Origin: Macrostomum lignano
Taxonomy: Eukaryota
Reading direction: 5' to 3'
Length of the DNA stretch: 64,000 nucleotides
NCBI GenBank assembly: GCA_002269645.1
Contig: NIVC01000149.1
Coordinates: forward strand, 124,001 to 188,000
In this document: positions 50,162 through 63,100 of the stretch, one piece after another
Numbering within the stretch: position 1 is the first letter of the stretch
Layout: each line of letters opens with the position of its first letter
The notes under the pieces: generated by a model
Told to the model about the DNA's origin: nothing
Seen by the model: the letters and a program-made list of their open reading frames with translations, nothing else
Databases searched by the model: none
Position numbers and translations under genes: made by a program

Positions 50162-50339
50162 TGACTCGCCAGTGTTGCCGGTCCGCTCTGTGCACAAATC
50201 CATTATTGTGCAACAGCATAGCAGTCTGGGGTCAACGCGAGTCTACAGAACGCGTGAGATCGGCCTTCTCCACGAGTCACTGCCGCTGTGCCTTCTTGCA
50301 CCTTTTGGCTTGTCGACTCACTAACGGCTGATTACAATC
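50162..50339 (+). ncRNA. Box H/ACA snoRNA, copy 8
   Basis: Same fold; ends ACA-ATC. Confidence 0.85.
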
Positions 50340-50998
50340 TGTTGTTTTTGAGAATGGTTAATTGCCATTTTCATATTATATTTCTTTGGTGATTAGGTTG
50401 AAAGAATTGAAAAACGAATAGTAATTTCTCGAAACTGCATTAGACTTTAAGGCTGGTAATTAGGTACGATGCGGAGTTGCTCAGCGGTAAACGCGTCTTA
50501 CTCTCTTGCCAAACTCCTAGTTCGACTCCATGCGCGACCGCATTCATTTGTTGCTTTTACACAGAAAATTTCCCGTAGCTATCTTACGATTCACCCATGA
50601 GAGCCAACCCAAGACACAGAGTGTAGATGTTTGAGGATTAGAAGGTCGGAGTCGATGTACAGTGTACACCTTGTATGAGCATGCTTTCTGAAGACCACAG
50701 GATGGACAGAATTGCCTCAGCGCTGGTTGTGAGACGATGTCGCCGATACCGTTGCACCAGAGTGTCCACAACCTTCCAGATATTGTTGTTAGGGCTGTTA
50801 AGTGATAAATGTTCTACTGGTAATAAAGAAGCAAAGATAATTACAGATAAATCATTGTATGCCATGTAGTGTCTAAAGAAAGGTGTCTTGCGGAGCAATG
50901 GATCATTTTAATAGTGACAAAACGCCCATTATGCAATAAGATTACCAGGCAGTCATCCGCGTAGCATTGGCTTATACACCATTGGTTACTTAGGCTGC

Positions 50999-51176
50999 TG
51001 ACTCGCCAGTGTTGCCGGTCCGCTCTGTGCATAATTTCATTGATGTGCAACAGCATAGCAGTCTGAGGTCAACGCGAGTCTACAGAACGCGTGAGATCGG
51101 CCTTCTCCACGAGTCACTGCCGCTATGCCTCCCTGCACCTTTTGGCTTGACGACTCACTAATGGCTGATTACAGTT
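50999..51176 (+). ncRNA. Box H/ACA snoRNA, copy 9
   Basis: Same fold; ends ACA-GTT. Confidence 0.85.
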
Positions 51177-51533
51177 TGATATTGTTTTAGCAATAATTTA
51201 TGGCACGGACCAAACGAAGATTCGACTAGTCGTTAAACATTGACTCAAATTAATATGTAAGCGGTCCACGACTTGATTACCACCTTAAAATGATAAATAA
51301 GTTTGCAATTAGCTCATCTTTTGTCCAAATACATATCGTAAGCTTTGAATTCAAGCAAAACGTTTGATGTGACTTGTAGAGGCCTTTTTTGAACTTGACA
51401 AATCCGATTACAAATAAAGACACTCTCAAGATACTAAACAAGCCACATGTGTAGTGATCAAAGGCATGCAAAATGTACCTCAGCGAAACAGTGATGTAGC
51501 TATTGGACAGACGGGCTAGTCAATGATAGTCTC

Positions 51534-51710
51534 TGACTCGCCAGTGTTGCCGGTCCGCTCTGTGCACAAATCCATTATTGTGCAACAGCATAGCAGTCTG
51601 GGTCAACGCGAGTCTACAGAACGCGTGAGATCGGCCTTCTCCACGAGTCACTGCCGCTGTGCCTTCTTGCACCTTTTGGCTTGTCGACTCACTAACGGCT
51701 GATTACAATC
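51534..51710 (+). ncRNA. Box H/ACA snoRNA, copy 10
   Basis: Same fold; one G fewer in the G-run outside the guide. Confidence 0.83.
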
Positions 51711-52369
51711 TGTTGTTTTTGAGAATGGTTAATTGCCATTTTCATATTATATTTCTTTGGTGATTAGGTTGAAAGAATTGAAAAACGAATAGTAATTTCT
51801 CGAAACTGCATTAGACTTTAAGGCTGGTAATTAGGTACGATGCGGAGTTGCTCAGCGGTAAACGCGTCTTACTCTCTTGCCAAACTCCTAGTTCGACTCC
51901 ATGCGCGACCGCATTCATTTGTTGCTTTTACACAGAAAATTTCCCGTAGCTATCTTACGATTCACCCATGAGAGCCAACCCAAGACACAGAGTGTAGATG
52001 TTTGAGGATTAGAAGGTCGGAGTCGATGTACAGTGTACACCTTGTATGAGCATGCTTTCTGAAGACCACAGGATGGACAGAATTGCCTCAGCGCTGGTTG
52101 TGAGACGATGTCGCCGATACCGTTGCACCAGAGTGTCCACAACCTTCCAGATATTGTTGTTAGGGCTGTTAAGTGATAAATGTTCTACTGGTAATAAAGA
52201 AGCAAAGATAATTACAGATAAATCATTGTATGCCATGTAGTGTCTAAAGAAAGGTGTCTTGCGGAGCAATGGATCATTTTAATAGTGACAAAACGCCCAT
52301 TATGCAATAAGATTACCAGGCAGTCATCCGCGTAGCATTGGCTTATACACCATTGGTTACTTAGGCTGC

Positions 52370-52547
52370 TGACTCGCCAGTGTTGCCGGTCCGCTCTGTG
52401 CATAATTTCATTGATGTGCAACAGCATAGCAGTCTGAGGTCAACGCGAGTCTACAGAACGCGTGAGATCGGCCTTCTCCACGAGTCACTGCCGCTATGCC
52501 TCCCTGCACCTTTTGGCTTGACGACTCACTAATGGCTGATTACAGTC
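52370..52547 (+). ncRNA. Box H/ACA snoRNA, copy 11
   Basis: Same fold, boxes and guides. Confidence 0.85.
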
Positions 52548-52904
52548 TGATATTGTTTTAGCAATAATTTATGGCACGGACCAAACGAAGATTCGACTAG
52601 TCGTTAAACATTGACTCAAATTAATATGTAAGCGGTCCACGACTTGATTACCACCTTAAAATGATAAATAAGTTTGCAATTAGCTCATCTTTTGTCCAAA
52701 TACATATCGTAAGCTTTGAATTCAAGCAAAACGTTTGATGTGACTTGTAGAGGCCTTTTTTGAACTTGACAAATCCGATTACAAATAAAGACACTCTCAA
52801 GATACTAAACAAGCCACATGTGTAGTGATCAAAGGCATGCAAAATGTACCTCAGCGAAACAGTGATGTAGCTATTGGACAGACGGGCTAGTCAATGATAG
52901 TCTC

Positions 52905-53082
52905 TGACTCGCCAGTGTTGCCGGTCCGCTCTGTGCACAAATCCATTATTGTGCAACAGCATAGCAGTCTGGGGTCAACGCGAGTCTACAGAACGCGTGA
53001 GATCGGCCTTCTCCACGAGTCACTGCCGCTGTGCCTTCTTGCACCTTTTGGCTTGACGACTCACTAACGGCTGATTACAGTC
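52905..53082 (+). ncRNA. Box H/ACA snoRNA, copy 12
   Basis: Same fold, boxes and guides. Confidence 0.85.
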
Positions 53083-53409
53083 TGATATCTTTTTAGTAAT
53101 CAGTATATCAAGGACCAAATAGGGTTTAACCAGTCGTTAAACAAAGACTCTAGTTAATATTTAAACAGTTCTTGGCTCGCCTACAACTTAATAGACTTTA
53201 GTGCGTTCTTGGTTTGTGCCTTTAATAACTATGGGAAGTCACTTTAAAATGATTAAACTACGAGTTAGTTAAAATTAGGCTGCATAATGTCAGGTGAAGA
53301 TATTTACCAAATTACAACTTACAAAAGCACTTTTTTAGTGATCAAGTGCATTAAAAATGCCTGACAAATGCAAAGTATCTAGTGCTTTAGCAACAGGCAG
53401 TTTGTTTGC

Positions 53410-53587
53410 TGACTCGCCAGTGTTGCCGGTCCGCTCTGTGTATAATTCCAATATTGTGCAACAGCATAGCAGTCTGGGGTCAGCGCGAGTCTACAGAACG
53501 CGTGAGATCGGCCTTCTCCACGAGTCACTGCCGCTGTGCCTTCTTGCACCTTTTGGCTTGACGACTCACTAACGGCTGATTACATTA
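53410..53587 (+). ncRNA. Box H/ACA snoRNA, copy 13
   Basis: Guide variant GTCAG keeps pairing via G-U; ends ACA-TTA, ~80 nt before the 3' splice site. Confidence 0.82.
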
Positions 53588-53668
53588 CTTACTTTACATG
53601 GTAGAGCAAAGATTAGGAGCGAAGACAGTCAAGAAAAAAATGGAACCCGCCACCGCTAATATTCCCAG

Positions 53669-53789
53669 GTTCAAGGAGGAATTGGCGGCCGCCAGCGCCA
53701 GCATCAAATCGCGCAACAGCAACCGCGACCCGGTGTACCTGTACACTGCACTGGATCCTGAGCGCATGCTGAATCACCTGGTTGTGTGA
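53669..53789 (+). CDS. Lipoxygenase-family gene terminal exon
   Basis: Acceptor TTCCCAG|G completes a phase-2 codon with exon 29317-29480. FKEELAAASASIKSRNSNRDPVYLYTALDPERMLNHLVV* matches the LOX C-terminus (FxxxLxxIxxxIxxRN...YxxLDPxxIxNSxxI). Confidence 0.88.
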
Positions 53790-55169
53790 TTAGCAACCCA
53801 ACTGAAGCTTTTAGCTAAAGACTTGATGTGTAGCGTCACCTTTTTGTATCTTTTTTGTGCGTCTTTCCCAGTGTTTAGCAGTTTAGTTGCAACTGAAATG
53901 GCAAGCATTGAATAAGTACAAGCATAGGAAAGTTGCTTCGTCACTTTTCGATGCTCTAGTCAATTCTTACTGCCTTGCCGGGGCTTTTTGAAGTACTTGC
54001 AGAAATTTTTATACTACTGAGTTGGCAGTAGTTTAATAGCATATGCGTCGGATAAGTCAGTTCTAGTGTCTCAATGTATATATGTACTAATAATCTGAGT
54101 TTGTTACCTGTTATTGTCCAAACAGTACACTATAGATATATTACTGATTAAGTAGCGTTTTATGTGAGCTGTTGTGCAATTTTTGTCAGATTTTTCCCTA
54201 GTTTTACGTAAACCAATTGCAATACGATCTCCGTTTTATACAACACTTTTTATCCCGCTTAGATGGCTGTGCCTCCCGCGTTTATTTATGTTGGATGGCA
54301 CTACTTACCTACTGTCGGGGTGAGTAGTGTACTGTGGACACGTGTTTTTATAATCTCAAACTGCTTATTAATCAATTCTATGTTAGTCAAACTATCCCTG
54401 CATTCCAGTCACTTTTTCTCTGACTCCTGCAATTTTTTCTCTTTTTGTGTGAATCTTCGTTTTTTGCTTCATAGAAAACTGCACATATGGTTTTAAAGGT
54501 TTTATTATGTGTGTCAGGTTTTTTACTATTGTTGACAAAATGCTGAATCGATTGTGTCCGCTCTTATACTACTGACAGACAATGCTTTGAGTAGCATAGT
54601 TAGGACATTAGTTGTCAAATAAATTTACTATTTAAAGCGCTCTAATGTGCTAAGCGTCCTCTTGCTTGCGTTAATTCTAGAAATTGCCTCATAAAATTTC
54701 ATTTATTAAAATTGTGTTTTAATAACTTGTCTGCCAATTTAAAACTCGTTTAACCACGTCATTTATGGACAAAAATATAACTGCATAGTCGCACATTCCT
54801 TTTATTATATTATATCAATTGAACAATATATAAAGTCTCTCTCTGTGGCACAATAAATTATCTTTATATGCTTTACTCTGCTGGCTTATTCATTTCTATT
54901 CAGTCACAGTCGTAAAGATAATTTAGCGGTTGGCTGTATGACTCGAGGCCTATATATATAATTATACCTACCGATAAGGCTGTTATCCGTATTTATTGCA
55001 GCATGGCTTCGTTTTTATAATTTGCGGTTTGGTAATTTTTTAATTAGGTGCGTGCCCAACTGCTGTAGTTTCTATTTTCTGTTCTTCCTGCATTCCAGTG
55101 GTAATGCAGTGCTTGACAGACCAATTGACAAGACACTCCTGAGACTATCTGTATCTGAAATATGCCATT

Positions 55170-56225
55170 TGAAACTGATGGATATCTATATCCTGCTCTG
55201 ATGGATTTCTATATCCTACTCTGGATGTCTATATCCTGCTCTGATGGATTTCTATATCCTACTCTGGATGTCTATACCCTGCTCTGATGGATGTCTATAT
55301 CCTACTCTGGATGTCTATACCCTGCTCTGATGGATTTCTATATCCTACTCTGGATGTCTATATCCTGCTCTGGATGTCTATACCCTGCTCTGATGGATGT
55401 CTATATCCTGCTCTGGATGTCTATATCCTGCTCTGATGGATGTCTATATCCTGCTCTAATCGATGTTTATATCCTCCTCTGATGGATGTCTATGTCCTGC
55501 TCTGATGGATGTCTATATCCTGCTCTGGATGTCTATATCCTGCTCTGATCGATATCTATATCCTGCTCTAATGGTGTCTATATCCTGCTCTAATGAATGT
55601 CTATATCCTGCTCTAATCGATGTTTATATCCTCCTCTGATGGATGTCTATGTCCTACTCTGATGGATGTCTATATCCTGCTCTGGATGTCTATATCCTGC
55701 TCTGATCGATATCTATATCCTGCTCTAATGGTGTCTATATCCTGCTCTAATGAATGTCTATATCCTGCTCTAATCGATGTTTATATCCTCCTCTGATGGA
55801 TGTCTATATCCTACTCTGATGGATGTCAATATCCTGTTCTGATAGATGTTTATATCCTCCTGATGGATGTCTATATCCTCTTATGGATGTCTATATCCTG
55901 CTCTGATGGATGTCTATATCCTCCTCTGATGGATGTCTATATCCTCTTGTGGATGTCTATATCCTGCTCTGATCGATGTTTATATTCTCCTCTGATGGAT
56001 GTCTATATCCTCTGATGGATGTCTATATCCTCTGATGGATGTCTATATCCTGCTCTGACGGATGTCTATATCCTGCTCTAATCGATGTTTATATCCTGCT
56101 CTGATGGATGTCTATATCCTGCTCTGATGAATGTCTATATCCTGCTCTAATGAATGTCTATGTCCTGCTCTGATGGATGTCTATATCCTGCTCTGATGAA
56201 TGTCTATATCCTGCTGTGATGGATG
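55170..56225. repeat. Minisatellite of 19-23-bp units (GATGGATGTCTATATCCTGCTCT)
   Basis: Direct inspection. Confidence 0.95.
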
Positions 56226-56399
56226 CACGAGCGTATATTTCCGAGACTGATAGATGCCTATATGAGATTGACGGATGACTATATTCGAGACTGATAGATC
56301 CGACAACAGAGCGATCAAACACTGACTGCTTTAGTCAAGCACTGCAAGTTTGGTGTTGAGTCAAGCCGCTTGTTGAGCAGCTCTGACAGGCAGACACGC

Positions 56400-57100
56400 A
56401 AGTCAGATCACCGCCAGAAGGAGCAACTCCCTGAATTCGTCTCTTAGCGCCACTCCTCTACTTCGCAGAAAGTTTGAGTGTCTTTAGCCGCGGGGAAGTC
56501 GGCTGGCTGGGAAGAGGGGCGGCGGGAGGCCGAGACCCCCAACGGCTTGAAGAGGTCCCGCTGATGCTAGCAATTAGTGGCCGCAGAAAGAGAGACAGAC
56601 GGACAGACAGACAGGCTGCAGATAGGCAGCCAGTCGCACAATAAGACGCTCTTCTCGCCTGCTCTCCCCGCTGCCTCGGCATCGCCTCTCGAGGCGCAGT
56701 TTTAACAGTGTAGCACACAGACACGGTTTTTGACTGACAGCTGCCAGTCAGTATCTTGGACGGTGTCAGGGGGAAGGCTGCCGGCCTAAGCAAGCTCAAG
56801 GAGGACCGGGAGTGATTGTTGAGGGCGCCTGATTGGCAGCGGGGCCTCCCGTCGATGGAGGGTGTCGGGAGGGAGCGGGGGCGGCCTGTCCATGATGATG
56901 CTACTCTGGGGCCGGGCAGGCGGCCAGATTGACAGCTGGATATGCCGAGGGGACAGTGAAAGCTGCGACTGGCCTTTCCCGGGATTTCTGCGGCAACGGT
57001 TGCAGCAACTGGCGGAGCAGGAATTGGAAGCTGCGCTGATCCGTTCTCCCGCTGCGGTGGAGCAACAAACAAATGGATATAATTGCGGGAGTTACATTTA
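56400..57100 (-). other. GC-rich unique segment, possible terminal exon of a gene lying beyond the window
   Basis: Exon-like GC content between two satellites; minus-strand acceptor-like TTGCTCCACCGCAG near 57055-57068; no recognisable domain. Confidence 0.3.
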
Positions 57101-57174
57101 TTGAGGGGTTAGAAGAAACTGACCAAAATTACTCGTCAGTTCTGATCGAAATATAAAAAAAACTATTGCGATAA

Positions 57175-60100
57175 CTGAGAAAGCAGGAATAGATACTTGG
57201 ATAGACATCATGAAGGCAGGAATTGATACTTGGATAGACATCATGAAGGCAGGAATAGATACTTGGATAGAGATCATGAAGGCAGGAATAGATACTTGGA
57301 TAGAGATCATGACGGCAGGAATAGATACTTGGATAGACATCATGAAGGCAGGAATAGATACTTGGATAGAGATCATGAAGGCAGGAATAGATACTTGGAT
57401 AGAGATCATGAAGGCAGGAATAGATACTTGGATAGAGATCATGAAGGCAGGAATAGATATTTGGATAGACATCATGAAGGCAGGAATAGATACTTGGATA
57501 GACATCATGAAGGCAGGAATTGATACTTGGATAGAGATCATGAAGGCAGGAATAGATACTTGGATAGAGATCATGAAGGCAGGAATAGATACTTGGATAG
57601 AGATCATGAAGGCAGGAATAGATACTTGGATAGAGATCGTGAAGGCAGGAATAGATACTTGGATAGAGATCATGAAGGCAGGAATAGATACTTGGATAGA
57701 GATCATGAAGGCAGGAATAGATACTTGGATAGAGATCATGAAGGCAGGAATAGATACTTGGATAGAGATCGTGAAGGCAGGAATTGATACTTGGATAGAG
57801 ATCATGAAGGCAGGAATTGATACTTGGATAGAGATCGTGAAGGCAGGAATAGATACTTATATAGACATCATGAAGGCAGGAATAGATACTTGGATAGAGA
57901 TCATGAAGGCAGGAATTGATACTTGGATAGAGATCATGAAGGCAGGAATAGATACTTGGATAGACATCATGAAGGCAGGAATAGATACTTGGATAGAGAT
58001 CATGAAGGCAGGAATAGATATTTGGATAGACATCATGAAGGCAGAAATAGATACTTGGATAGAGATGATGAAGGCAGGAATTGATACTTGGATAGAGATG
58101 ATGAAGGCAGGAATAGATACTTGGATAGAGATCATGAAGGCAGGAATAGATATTTGGATAGACATCATGAAGGCAGGAATTGATACTTGGATAGAGATCA
58201 TGAAGGCAGGAATAGATACTTGGATAGAGATCATGAAGGCAGGAATAGATACTTGGATAGAGATCGTGAAGGCAGGAATAGATACTTGGATAGAGATCAT
58301 GAAGGCAGGAATAGATACTTGGATAGAGATCATGAAGGCAGGAATAGATATTTGGATAGAGATCGTGAAGGCAGGAATAGATACTTGGATAGAGATCGTG
58401 AAGGCAGGAATAGATACTTGGATAGAGATCATGAAGGCAGGAATAGATATTTGGATAGAGATCGTGAAGGCAGGAATTGATACTTGGATAGAGATCGTGA
58501 AGGCAGGAATAGATACTTGGATAGAGATCGTGAAGGCAGGAATAGATACTTGGATAGAGATCATGAAGGCAGGAATTGATACTTGGATAGAGATCGTGAA
58601 GGCAGGAATAGATACTTGGATAGAGATCATGAAGGCAGGAATAGATACTTGGATAGAGATCATGAAGGCAGGAATAGATACTTGGATATAGATCATGAAG
58701 GCAGGAATAAAAACTTGGATAGAGATCGCGAAGGCAGGAATTGATACTTGGATAGAGATCGTGAAGGCAGGAATAGATACTTGGATAGAGATCGTGAAGG
58801 CAGGAATAGATACTTGGATAGAGATCGTGAAGGCAGGAATAGATACTTGGATAGAGATCATAAAGGCAGGAATTGATACTTGGATAGAGATCATGAAGGC
58901 AGGAATAGATACTTGGATAGAGATCATGAAGGCAGGAATAGATACTTGGATAGAGATCATGAAGGCAGAATAGATACTTGGATAGAGATCGTGAAGGCAG
59001 GAATTGATACTTGGATAGAGATCATGAAGGCAGGAATTGATACTTGGATAGAGATCGTGAAGGCAGGAATTGATACTTGGATAGAGATCATGAAGGCAGG
59101 AATAGATACTTGGATAGAGATCGTGAAGGCAGGAATAGATACTTGGATAGAGATCATGAAGGCAGGAATAAAAACTTGGATAGAGATCGTGAAGGCAGGA
59201 ATAGATACTTGGATAGAGATCGTGAAGGCAGGAATTAAAACTTGGATAGAGATCATGAAGGCAGGAATAGATACTTGGATAGAGATCATGAAGGCAGGAA
59301 TAGATACTTGGATAGAGATCGTGAAGGCAGGAATAGATACTTGGATAGAGATCGTGAAGGCAGGAATAGATACTTGGATAGAGATCATGAAGGCAGGAAT
59401 AGATACTTGGATAGAGATCGTGAAGGCAGGAATAGATACTTGGATAGAGATCGTGAAGGCAGGAATAGATACTTGGATAGAGATCATGAAGGCAGGAATA
59501 GATACTTGGATAGAGATCATGAAGGCAGGAATAGATACTTGGATAGAGATCATGAAGGCAGGAATAGATACTTGGATAGAGATCGTGAAGGCAGGAATAG
59601 ATACTTGGATAGAGATCATGAAGGCAGGAATAGATACTTGGATAGAGATCATGAAGGCAGGAATAGATACTTGGATAGAGATCGTGAAGGCAGGAATAGA
59701 TACTTGGATAGAGATCGTGAAGGCAGGAATAGATACTTGGATAGAGATCATGAAGGCAGGAATAGATACTTGGATAGAGATCATGAAGGCAGGAATAGAT
59801 ACTTGGATAGAGATCATGAAGGCAGGAATAGATACTTGGATAGAGATCGTGAAGGCAGGAATAGATACTTGGATAGAGATCATGAAGGCAGGAATAGATA
59901 CTTGGATAGAGATCATGAAGGCAGGAATAATACTTGGATAGAGATCGTGAAGGCAGGAATAGATACTTGGATAGAGATCATGAAGGCAGGAATAGATACT
60001 TGGATAGAGATCGTGAAGGCAGGAATAGATACTTGGATAGAGATCGTGAAGGCAGGAATAGATACTTGGATAGAGATCGTGAAGGCAGGAATAGATACTT

Positions 60101-63100
60101 GGATAGAGATCGTGAAGGCAGGAATAGATACTTGGATAGAGATCATGAAGGCAGGAATAGATACTTGGATAGAGATCATGAAGGCAGGAATAGATACTTG
60201 GATAGAGATCATGAAGGCAGGAATAGATACTTGGATAGAGATGATGAAGGCAGGAATAGATACTTGGATAGAGATCATGAAGGCAGGAATAGATACTTGG
60301 ATAGAGATCATGAAGGCAGGAATAGATACTTGGATAGAGATCGTGAAGGCAGGAATAGATACTTGGATAGAGATCGAAGGCAGGAATAGATACTTGGATA
60401 GAGATCATGAAGGCAGGAATAGATACTTGGATAGAGATCGTGAAGGCAGGAATAGATACTTGGATAGAGATCGTGAAGGCAGGAATAGATACTTGGATAG
60501 AGATCATGAAGGCAGGAATAGATACTTGGATAGAGATCATGAAGGCAGGAATAGATACTTGGATAGAGATCATGAAGGCAGGAATAGATACTTGGATAGA
60601 GATCATGAAGGCAGGAATAGATACTTGGATAGAGATCGAAGGCAGGAATAGATACTTGGATAGAGATCATGAAGGCAGGAATAATACTTGGATAGAGATC
60701 GTGAAGGCAGGAATAGATACTTGGATAGAGATCATGAAGGCAGGAATAATACTTGGATAGAGATCATGAAGGCAGGAATAGATACTTGGATAGAGATCAT
60801 GAAGGCAGGAATAATACTTGGATAGAGATCATGAAGGCAGGAATAATACTTGGATAGAGATCATGAAGGCAGGAATAGATACTTGGATAGAGATCATGAA
60901 GGCAGGAATAATACTTGGATAGAGATCGTGAAGGCAGGAATAATACTTGGATAGAGATCGTGAAGGCAGGAATAGATACTTGGATAGAGATCGTGAAGGC
61001 AGGAATAAAAACTTGGATAGAGATCATGAAGGCAGGAATAAAAACTTGGATAGAGATCGTGAAGGCAGGAATAGATACTTGGATAGAGATCGTGAAGGCA
61101 GGAATAGATACTTGGATAGAGATCGTGAAGGCAGGAATAGATACTTGGATAGAGATCATGAAGGCAGGAATAGATACTTGGATAGAGATCATGAAGGCAG
61201 GAATAGATACTTGGATAGAGATCATGAAGGCAGGAATAGATACTTGGATAGAGATCATGAAGGCAGGAATAGATACTTGGATAGAGATCATGAAGGCAGG
61301 AATAGATACTTGGATAGAGATCATGAAGGCAGGAATAGATACTTGGATAGAGATCGTGAAGGCAGGAATAGATACTTGGATAGAGATCATGAAGGCAGGA
61401 ATAGATACTTGGATAGAGATCGTGAAGGCAGGAATAGATACTTGGATAGAGATCGTGAAGGCAGGAATAGATACTTGGATAGAGATCATGAAGGCAGGAA
61501 TAGATACTTGGATAGAGATCATGAAGGCAGGAATAGATACTTGGATAGAGATCATGAAGGCAGGAATAGATACTTGGATAGAGATCATGAAGGCAGGAAT
61601 AGATACTTGGATAGAGATCGAAGGCAGGAATAGATACTTGGATAGAGATCGTGAAGGCAGGAATAGATACTTGGATAGAGATCGTGAAGGCAGGAATAGA
61701 TACTTGGATAGAGATCATGAAGGCAGGAATAGATACTTGGATAGAGATCATGAAGGCAGGAATAGATACTTGGATAGAGATCATGAAGGCAGGAATAGAT
61801 ACTTGGATAGAGATCATGAAGGCAGGAATAGATACTTGGATAGAGATCATGAAGGCAGGAATAGATACTTGGATAGAGATCATGAAGGCAGGAATAGATA
61901 CTTGGATAGAGATCATGAAGGCAGGAATAGATACTTGGATAGAGATCATGAAGGCAGGAATAGATACTTGGATAGAGATCATGAAGGCAGGAATAGATAC
62001 TTGGATAGAGATCGTGAAGGCAGGAATAGATACTTGGATAGAGATCGTGAAGGCAGGAATAGATACTTGGATAGAGATCATGAAGGCAGGAATAATACTT
62101 GGATAGAGATCATGAAGGCAGGAATAGATACTTGGATAGAGATCATGAAGGCAGGAATAGATACTTGGATAGAGATCATGAAGGCAGGAATAATACTTGG
62201 ATAGAGATCATGAAGGCAGGAATAGATACTTGGATAGAGATCGTGAAGGCAGGAATAGATACTTGGATAGAGATCGTGAAGGCAGGAATAGATACTTGGA
62301 TAGAGATCGTGAAGGCAGGAATAGATACTTGGATAGAGATCGTGAAGGCAGGAATAGATACTTGGATAGAGATCATGAAGGCAGGAATAGATACTTGGAT
62401 AGAGATCGTGAAGGCAGGAATAGATACTTGGATAGAGATCGTGAAGGCAGGAATAGATACTTGGATAGAGATCGTGAAGGCAGGAATAGATACTTGGATA
62501 GAGATCATGAAGGCAGGAATAGATACTTGGATAGAGATCATGAAGGCAGGAATAGATACTTGGATAGAGATCATGAAGGCAGGAATAGATACTTGGATAG
62601 AGATCATGAAGGCAGGAATAGATACTTGGATAGAGATCATGAAGGCAGGAATAGATACTTGGATAGAGATCATGAAGGCAGGAATAGATACTTGGATAGA
62701 GATCATGAAGGCAGGAATAGATACTTGGATAGAGATCATGAAGGCAGGAATAGATACTTGGATAGAGATCATGAAGGCAGGAATAGATACTTGGATAGAG
62801 ATCGTGAAGGCAGGAATAGATACTTGGATAGAGATCGTGAAGGCAGGAATAGATACTTGGATAGAGATCATGAAGGCAGGAATAGATACTTGGATAGAGA
62901 TCATGAAGGCAGGAATAGATACTTGGATAGAGATCATGAAGGCAGGAATAGATACTTGGATAGAGATCATGAAGGCAGGAATAGATACTTGGATAGAGAT
63001 CATGAAGGCAGGAATAGATACTTGGATAGAGATCGTGAAGGCAGGAATAGATACTTGGATAGAGATCGTGAAGGCAGGAATAGATACTTGGATAGAGATC

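Noticed and set aside
29614-53587. CRISPR array (conserved repeat with variable spacers)
   Set aside because: Repeats are 178 bp, spacers are 295-660 bp and homologous to each other, there are no cas genes, and the context is a spliceosomal intron. The H/ACA fold explains the repeat.
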